5,717 bases of DNA from Fonticula alba ATCC 38817. Taxonomy: Eukaryota; Protista; Nucleariida. Positions 1-5,717 of this stretch are shown here, piece after piece. The notes under the pieces were generated by a model. The model made no database searches. It worked only from the letters and a program-made list of their open reading frames with translations, and had not been told where the DNA came from. A program made the position numbers and the translations under genes. Numbering within the stretch: position 1 is the stretch's first letter; the number at the start of each line of letters is the position of its first letter. The DNA is taken from the NCBI GenBank assembly GCA_000388065.2, contig KB932206.1; one strand, 5' to 3'.

Positions 1-546
1 CACGCACGCGTGCGTATACGGCCGCGGACGACGGTCCCGCCCACGCGCAAACGCCCTGCCTGGGCCGGTGTCCCGCCGCGCCGCCGCGGGTCCCTGCGCG
101 ATCGACGGCAGCCCCGATCAGGTCAACTCCGCCCAGCCGGCGATCGGCCCACCTGGGCACTCCCCCTCCCCCGGCCGCCAGTTGTCCAGGCACCCGAGCC
201 GGCTCCGGATGTTGCGGCCATGTCTCTGCCTCTCCTTGCCCCCGGCCGCGCGCCGGTTGCGTCCCCCCCCCCCATCTTGGTTGTGTGCCCTCGGGCCGGG
301 CCGGCCGCCATCCAACTGAAACATCCTGTCCCCCTCTCTCCGAAGTCCGCCGTCGGCCTGCAGGCAAGGCCGGGAGGAAGGCAGGCCAGGCCAGCGCGCC
401 CACACGCATGCCGGCAGGCAGAGGAATGGTGCGAGCCGGTCGGCGAACAGAGGCCCCAGGGGCGGCGGCCGAGGTGGAACGCTCAAGCACGGGGGCCTAT
501 TATTTATTTGCTGACCACCGAGGTGGGGGCCAACCGTGTCTCGCCG

Positions 547-565
547 GCGCACGCGCGCGCGCGCG
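547..565. repeat. Short (CG)7-containing alternating tract
   Basis: GCGCACGCGCGCGCGCGCG read directly. Confidence 0.85.
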
Positions 566-886
566 GAATGGACCGCGCCTCGTCCCTCGTCCTGTTCCCT
601 CGGCATCTTCCTCTCCCTCGCTGCTGTGTCCCGTGCGCCTTCGGCCCATCTCCGTGGCTCCCGGCGCCCCCTTCGTCCAGGTCCCCTCCCAGCCCGACCG
701 CCACCGACCGCCGGAAGCCCCCACAGCGTCACCTGGGCGGTCGGCGGTTCCCAGTCGGGGCGTTCCCCTGCGCAGACTCCGGCCGTGGCCCTTTCGCTCG
801 GCCTGGCACCCGTGTTCGCCGGGGCACTGATCCCGCTGGCGGCGAACGCGGGTGCTCTGTCGCGAGGGCACGCACAGACATGCGCC

Positions 887-932
887 CGCGCGCGCGCGCG
901 CGCGCGCGCGCGCGCGTGTGCGTGCGTGTGTG
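887..932. repeat. (CG)15 followed by a TG/CG mixed tract: 46 nt of unbroken pyrimidine-purine alternation
   Basis: CG x15 at 887-916, then TGTGCGTGCGTGTGTG to 932. Confidence 0.95.
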
Positions 933-1241
933 AGCGTGTCAGCACGCGTGCTCATCCGCGTTGGCTCCCGGTGTCCTGCCCGACCGCCCCCCCATCCCTC
1001 GACTCGGGGGCCGGTAGCAGCCCTGGGAGATCGTGCTGCCACTAGATGGTCTCCTTGCCGCTCCGCCTCTCCGCCCGGCTAGCCAATTCTGACAAGCGGC
1101 GGGTAAAACGCGCTCCCTAGACCGGCCCCCTCCGCCCGAGGCTGGCATGCCTCCCCGCGTGTGGGCGCCGATGCATGGTGGGTGCCGGTACATGGTGGCA
1201 GGCGGCCAGGCACTCTCTCTGCTGCTCCCGCACAGACACTC

Positions 1242-1301
1242 TCCCTCCCTCCCTCCCTCCCTCTCTCACACTCTCACACACACACACACACACACACACA
1301 C
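1242..1301 (+). repeat. Compound microsatellite (TCCC)5 / TC / (CA)13
   Basis: (TCCC)5 at 1242-1261; (CA)13 at 1275-1300. Confidence 0.95.
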
Positions 1302-1486
1302 GCAAGCACCATGCATTCCCCGCTGCCGGTTGAAGATCTCATCGGGCCCCTGTATGGGCTCTGACTCGGTTTGCCGAGCGTCCAGCCAACTGTCACTCAA
1401 CCTGCCCCCACCACCCTTCCCCGCCGCCCTCCCTCACATCTGCGTGTCACCCCGCCTTACCTCCTGCCGCCTATCCTACAGCCGAG

Positions 1487-1504
1487 TCTCTCTCTCTCTC
1501 TCTC
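1487..1504 (+). repeat. (TC)9 microsatellite upstream of the ATG
   Basis: Read directly. Confidence 0.9.
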
Positions 1505-1559
1505 CCCCTCCCGCTCGCCCTCTCCCTCCCTCGCCCCTCTCCTCCCGACTCCCCCTCGC

Positions 1560-1569
1560 GCCACCATGC
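1560..1569 (+). promoter_or_regulatory. Kozak-type translation start preceded by a pyrimidine-rich leader (1487-1559)
   Basis: GCCACCATG matches the established Kozak -6..-1 consensus exactly. Confidence 0.7.
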
Positions 1570-1809
1570 CGGCGGACGACTTCGCCGGGCTCGCGCTCTT
1601 GTCACCCATCCCGAATGGGGATGGCACATACAGCTCGCCAAACGATGTGTCCGAAGTGTACACCTTCACCGATGGCAAGCGTGCCATCCTGTCCGTCTGC
1701 GGCGCCGTGCTCCTCTTCAACATCGCCTGCTTCGGCTGGATGGTGCTCAAGCGCTCCTACCTCCCCTTCAAGGCCAAGCAACTTCCCATCCTGGGCCTGA
1801 TGCTCCTAG
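1566..1809 (+). CDS. Exon 1 of the membrane-protein gene (81 codons + 1 nt; short N-terminus, TM1, loop, start of TM2)
   Basis: Strong Kozak context, 85% GC3 codon bias, protein-like composition; ends at AG|GTGCGC, after which the frame degenerates into poly-Pro from a C15 tract. Confidence 0.85.
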
Positions 1810-2210
1810 GTGCGCGCACCCGCCGCCGCCGCCCCCCCCCCCCCCCTCCCCTCCTAGTCGCAATTCGCCTATCCCGTGCCGCCAGCCCGGCGCCCTCCGC
1901 CCCCTGCCAGACCATCCAGCTGACTCTCGCCCCCACGCTCACGTCCGCCTGCATCCATGTGTGGCTGCTGCAGCCGGCACGCTCTTCACTGCCGGTGTTC
2001 TTGTACGCCACCAGCCAGCTCCCCCTTTGGCCCTCCGTGCCGCTGCGCCCCTGTCTCCTTCCCTGTGTCTCCCCTTTTCTCGCCCACCCGCCACAGGTCA
2101 TTAACCTCCCCCTTCTCTCTCTCTCCCTCCCCCCCCCCCTTCCCCGGGCTCACGCCAGTCTATCAGCCGTTCAACCACATACCTCGGCGCATGGAGCTGT
2201 GATGTTGCCT
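1566..2210 (+). CDS. Spliced, 3'-partial multi-pass membrane protein, probably GPCR-like (class C-like 7TM or 7TM-RGS); exons 1566-1809, 1974-2002, 2159-2210
   Basis: Seen: GCCACC-ATG at 1560-1568; 69 of 81 exon-1 codons end in G/C while encoding a normal amino-acid mix; GT-AG junctions with compatible phases (1, 0, 1) join into an open frame with two hydrophobic helices (aa ~40-61 AILSVCGAVLLFNIACFGWMVL; aa ~73-93 LPILGLMLLAGTLFTAGVLSI) separated by basic KRSYLPFKAKQ, then W-S-C. Family call is inference from recalled patterns, with no search run. Coding confidence is high; family confidence is about 0.4. Confidence 0.75.
1810..1973 (+). other. Spliceosomal intron 1 (164 nt, phase 1)
   Basis: Donor GTGCGC at 1810; C-rich body with C15 (1832-1846); branch-like CTGAC at 1920-1924; the first AG after it is CAG 1971-1973; the junction restores ...LMLL-A-GTLFTAG. 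Confidence 0.7.
2003..2158 (+). other. Spliceosomal intron 2 (156 nt, phase 0)
   Basis: Donor GTACGC at 2003; branch-like TTAAC at 2101-2105, then a long pyrimidine tract; the first AG after it is CAG 2156-2158. Branch-to-acceptor spacing (about 54 nt) matches intron 1 (about 50 nt). Confidence 0.65.
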
Positions 2211-2264
2211 GTACGCGCCCCTGCCTTTCCTCCTCGCCGCCAGCCACATCCCCCTTCGCCGAGT
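2211..2264 (+). other. Intron 3, 5' part (runs into the assembly gap)
   Basis: Donor GTACGC at 2211, identical to the intron 2 donor, followed by C/T-rich sequence up to the Ns. Confidence 0.6.
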
Positions 2265-2274
2265 NNNNNNNNNN
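2265..2274. other. Assembly gap (10 N placeholder; true size unknown)
   Basis: Ten Ns, immediately followed by a C11 homopolymer (2275-2285). Confidence 1.
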
Positions 2275-3480
2275 CCCCCCCCCCCGCTCCCGACTCGATC
2301 GGCCCGGGGACCCTGCCAGCGCCGGCCCAAAACCGCACGCTGTCTAGCGGGTCCGGGGCCCCCTGCACCCCGCCCGGAGCCAGGGCAATCCATATCCTTC
2401 TCTCCGGGGTGCGTGCTCCGTGTCTCCGGGGCCCGCCACAACCATGATTCCACACCCCCCGCCGCCCCCTTCCCCGGCCGACTCTCTTGGACGGGTGCAA
2501 GACCGCAGGCATACGGACGCGGGTGTGGCCTATGCCGGAGATGCCGGGGCATGGTGTGTTATCTGCCGAAGATGATGTCGGGTTCTCTCGACCGGGGTGA
2601 AACAGCTTGGTTCTGGCATGTGATTCTGGAGGACCGGCGGCGGTCTCCCCGAACCATCCAAAGCGCTCTGTCCCGAGAGAGGGTCGCCCACCGCCTGGAC
2701 AAAGGAACAACAACCACGAAAAGGGCAAAGCTGCTGATCCGCATCTTTGTCGGGAGCACATCAAGGACTGGGCCGCGTCGCTCCTGGGCGGAGCCACGTA
2801 CGGAGACAGGGCGACCGAAGTCACGGTCTCCGAAAAGAGAATGACCATCCTTCAGGCTGCTGTGCCCTTGGAGGGGAGGCGAGAGGAGGGAGTCTCCACC
2901 CAGGGAGACCCCCCCCCCCCCGGGCGAGAGGAGGAGATACACGGGGAGAGGCCGGGGAAATGGGGATTGGTGCGGATCACACCGCGGAGGGGCGACACTG
3001 GCACCTTCCTCAGAGAGGAGGAGGAGGGAGGAGGCAGATGGATCTCCTCACGCTCTGATCACGCGAGCAGTGACCAGATTCGGCGGCGAGGCGCGGATAT
3101 GTGATCATGTGCAGGGTTCCGCCGACACGTGGCTAGGCGTGTAGTGGAATCCCAGGTAACCATAAATCAAACAACATGTGAACACTCTCTGCGCGTGTCA
3201 CAGCGCGGGATACCAACATGGAACAGCATTCCTCGAGGAGGAATACACAATGGGCAGCTGTGGAGGAGCATCGGCAAGTGGGTGAGGGCCGCAGCCTTAT
3301 GCACCTACGTTGGAGCGCTCGTCTAAGCGCTGGCAGTCGTCGTATCACACGGCATGTCACGAGCGCAGGGCTTTACAGGCGGCGAGGCGACGGCCGGTGC
3401 GAGCAGGGCCGAGCGGGGCGAGGCGGGCGCGGAAGAGGTGACATTGTGGTTACATTGGGCGACAGGACCTTGGAGGGGGG

Positions 3481-3532
3481 AAAAAAAACAACAACAACAA
3501 CGAGTGAGGGAGAGAGAGAGAGAGAGAGAGAG
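3481..3532 (+). repeat. A8-(CAA)4 plus (AG)11 microsatellites (pyrimidine tract on the minus strand)
   Basis: A8 at 3481-3488, (CAA)4 at 3489-3500, (AG)11 at 3511-3532. Confidence 0.95.
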
Positions 3533-3640
3533 GGCGAGAGCAACCGGGCAATAATTATCCTCCGATTTTCGGCTCATACCCATTCGGGGGACATGCTGCA
3601 TGAAAATGGCCCCACGCGCTTGAATGGGCGAGAGGGCGCT

Positions 3641-3660
3641 TTCCGGCCGGCCGGCCGGAA
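3641..3660. repeat. Perfect 20-bp palindrome TT(CCGG)4AA
   Basis: TTCCGGCCGGCCGGCCGGAA equals its reverse complement. Confidence 0.95.
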
Positions 3661-3747
3661 GGAGGTGGCCGCAGGCCCCGAGGCCGCCATTCGCCCTGCG
3701 CCCTGGGCCGAGCTCGCTCGCGAGTCGGGGTAGGTCCGCGCGGCGCC

Positions 3748-3755
3748 TATTTATA
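3748..3755 (-). promoter_or_regulatory. Candidate TATA box (TATAAATA) pointing leftwards
   Basis: Minus strand reads CACA-TATAAATA-GGCG, an exact TATAWAWR match in very GC-rich surroundings. Function is inferred. Confidence 0.45.
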
Positions 3756-3813
3756 TGTGCCAGCCGCAGGCCCCTGGTGCTGGGCATTCGCCCCCGACCC
3801 CCGTGCCGTGTGT

Positions 3814-3901
3814 GCTCTGTGAGCGTGTGTGTGTGTGTGTGCTCTGTGAGCGTGTGTGTGTGTGTGTGTGTATGCGTGTGCGTGCGCACGCATGCGTATG
3901 C
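3814..3901 (+). repeat. Tandem duplication of GCTCTGTGAGC(GT)8-10 merging into a 52-nt alternating purine-pyrimidine tract
   Basis: Unit 1 at 3814-3840, unit 2 at 3841-3871; unbroken R/Y alternation over 3850-3901. Confidence 0.9.
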
Positions 3902-4298
3902 CTGCCGTCGAGTCGGCGCCCGCACACACGCGCGTGTGTGTGTCACGTCCGCATCCCCCGCCTCCTTCCCCCCCCCCCTGCTCTGGCGCCGAGCGCGGCA
4001 TTATTCTCGGCGCTTCGATGCGGCCTTTCCCCCCGAGGGCGGGGGGAGCCGGGCCACGCCGCCACCGCCGTGCTGCCAGGTATACCCGAGAGGGGGGGGG
4101 GGGGGGAGCCGCGCGGCTCCACCTTCCAGGAAGACGCCGGGCACGCGGTAGGGGCTTCGGCCGGGGATCCCTCGCCGCCCCCGGTCCTGCCCCGGCCCCC
4201 GGTGTCGGCCCCGAGGCGGGAGGGCGCCCTTTTCCTGGTGGACCCAGGGGCCGGCCCGAGCCAGCCCCCTCTCCCCGGCTGAGGAGCCGCTTTCCCGG

Positions 4299-4316
4299 CG
4301 CGCGCGCGCGCGCGCG
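4299..4316. repeat. (CG)9 microsatellite
   Basis: Read directly. Confidence 0.9.
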
Positions 4317-5717
4317 GGGGAATGCCCACGTCTCAAGGGGACCCGGGATCATCTGCTGGGGCCCGCCGTAAGCCGACCCGGCTTGCCAGATAGACGCACC
4401 ACAGCTCGCCACCTGCCCCGCTGCGCGACGGCCCCAGGTGCGCGGCGGTTGACTGTGGCTCCTTGCCCGGCCCCGTCTGCCGGCTTGGGGGGGGGGGGGG
4501 TTCGCCGGCCGTCCGGCCGCGCGGCCGCCCCGCCCCCGGTACCGACCACCCCTGCCGGCTGGCCGCGGGCATGAATCATCCCCCCCCCCCAACGGGCGTC
4601 TCCCGCGGGCCCGGGGGGGGGGGGGGACCGGCTCGCACACGAGAGCGCCGCCCTCTGTCCCAGTTCCGATGGCCGGCACGTCCCGCCCCCCGGCCCGGGC
4701 GTAGCAGCAACCCCGGTGTTTCTGAAACAGGGCGACATTCGACCACCGATGGGGCCGGGCTGGCGCCAGTGTATCAAGGTGGGAACTTCCGCGAAACGGT
4801 TCCGGCCGGCCCGACTCCTCGCCTCCCCCCCTCCCCGTCCCGAGCGGGCCGCGCCGGGGGAGAGGGGGCGGCAACCGCCGTCCCTGCTGGGGGCCGCCTC
4901 GCCGGCAGCACCGGAGAGGGTGTCCACGCCGGCGGCGCCCGGCGGCTCGCTGCTCACCCGCCGTGCCCGCCTCGCCCCCCCCCCCCTGTGGCCGGTGGGG
5001 CGCTTGGCCGACGCGCGAAACAGCCGACTTTGCCATGTGTCGGGGCCGCCGGCCCGGACAGCCAGCCGAGCCTTTTTGCCCCAGGGGCCTCCCGTTTGTG
5101 CGGAGTTTCCAGCCCCGCGGAGAGCGGCGGGCGGGGGGGGCGGAAAAAGGGGCTCGCCGGCTCGTGCGGGAGCGGGGGCGCTGAGTAAGGTTGTGCCCCA
5201 ACCAGGCGCGATGGGCCCCCAGTTGAGTGGGCCCGCGCAGCCTACGAGACGGATGGCGGGGAGGCACGCGCCGGCACATTCACACACGCGCGTGCGCACG
5301 CATACCTCCGGCAGCCGCTGTGGGCGACTTGGCATCCGGGGCCCAAAGCGCCGGGCCGTTTTAGCCGCCTGGCCCTGCCTGGTTCGCCCGGTATCCCGCG
5401 CCCTCCCGGGCCCCGGGAGGGCGCTGGCTAACTTTGCATCTGGCTCAAACGCCACGGACCGGTGCAGGGCAAAAGCGCCGGCTGCGGGGGGCGCCAGAGT
5501 GGGAGGCCTCCGAAGCCGAGGGCACCGGACTGCAAGCGGGGCCGTTGCGCTTTTCTCGCCCGCCTGTCTGCCCGCATGTTGGGCCCGGCTGCACGTGGCG
5601 GCGGGCTCTCAGTTCCCCACGGTCTCCGTCGCCCCGTGTGGCTGTCTCCTTCGCGCTTTGGCTGCCGTGCGGCCCCTTTCACGTCGAATGTCCCATTTGC
5701 AGCGAGGGGGGGGGGGG

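Larger units (their letters stand above)
2530..3725 (-). other. Putative spliced minus-strand transcription unit of unknown coding status (boundaries approximate)
   Basis: TATA box upstream; candidate introns 3579-3469 (GTATGA...CCCCTCCAAG), 3004-2867 (GTGCCA...CCCCTCCAAG) and 2801-2695 (GTACGT...TTTGTCCAG); minus-strand C/T skew over 2870-3030 and 3470-3540. No long joined ORF found. Confidence 0.3.

Noticed and set aside
10-1042. Long overlapping ORFs on both strands (10..933 +, 118..945 -, 285..830 +, 500..1042 -)
   Set aside because: Pro/Arg/Ala/Gly-rich, several read through the (CG)15 repeat as RARARA, stacked in many frames, no recognisable domain: expected in stop-poor high-GC DNA.
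536-1045. ORF with hydrophobic patch AVALSLGLAPVFAGALIPLAANAGALS (about 782-862)
   Set aside because: Fairly high GC3, but no true ATG, no clean splice boundaries, and it runs into the CG repeat; not distinguishable from chance.
2384-2408. Possible exon 4 (CAG|GGCAATCC...CCGGG|GTGCGT), giving W-QSISFSP in phase 1 or AIHILLSG in phase 2
   Set aside because: Good donor, but weak pyrimidine tract, ambiguous frame, and no compatible downstream hydrophobic exon; not supportable across a gap.
1371-2447. 358-aa ORF taken as one continuous CDS
   Set aside because: Only 1566-1809 is protein-like in this frame; the rest reads through introns, homopolymers and the N gap.
2413-3104. Plus-strand ORFs 2413..2844 and 2607..3104 as the gene's continuation or a separate gene
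   Set aside because: No TM or domain signature, no clear codon bias, non-ATG starts, and they cross GA-rich tracts and a C13 run.
3056-3330. Lower-GC stretch with TGATCAC/GTGATCA inverted 7-mer, considered as a C/D snoRNA or other structured RNA
   Set aside because: No proper RUGAUGA...CUGA pair or extended stem seen; an Infernal/Rfam scan would be needed.
929-3855. TGTGAGCGTGT repeated at 929, 3818 and 3845
   Set aside because: It is an interrupted (TG)n repeat, so low information; two of the copies come from one tandem duplication.
3814-3871. 27-nt tandem duplication as a CRISPR-like or minisatellite array
   Set aside because: Only two adjacent copies, mostly (GT)n, no spacers, eukaryotic context.
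4571-4579. ATGAATCAT resembling an AP-1/GCN4 site
   Set aside because: Central base does not match ATGA(C/G)TCAT; single occurrence with no context.
3747-5682. Very long ORFs (3747..5279 -, 4349..5455 - and others)
   Set aside because: Low-complexity R/G/P/A translations spanning microsatellites and G/C homopolymers on both strands; GC artefacts.

Overview
GC-rich eukaryotic genomic DNA (GT-AG introns of about 110-165 nt, Kozak-type start, microsatellites); the taxon cannot be determined from this window. It is not prokaryotic-like, and I see no rRNA, tRNA, CRISPR array or transposase. The one well-supported gene is a + strand, spliced, 3'-incomplete membrane-protein CDS: join(1566..1809,1974..2002,2159..2210), 108 aa recoverable, MPADDFAGLALLSPIPNGDGTYSSPNDVSEVYTFTDGKRAILSVCGAVLLFNIACFGWMVLKRSYLPFKAKQLPILGLMLLAGTLFTAGVLSISRSTTYLGAWSCDVA. 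Its TM1-loop-TM2-Cys layout resembles the start of a class C-like/7TM-RGS GPCR-like receptor (inference from recalled family patterns). The model runs into a 10-N assembly gap (2265-2274) and no convincing continuation follows. Beyond the gap the C/G strand skew reverses, and there are weaker signs of a convergent, spliced minus-strand transcript (TATA box at 3748-3755, up to three candidate introns) with no convincing protein. The rest is simple-repeat-rich non-coding DNA. The long six-frame ORFs are GC artefacts. I found no convincing evidence of a novel biological system; the findings are leads of modest interest.
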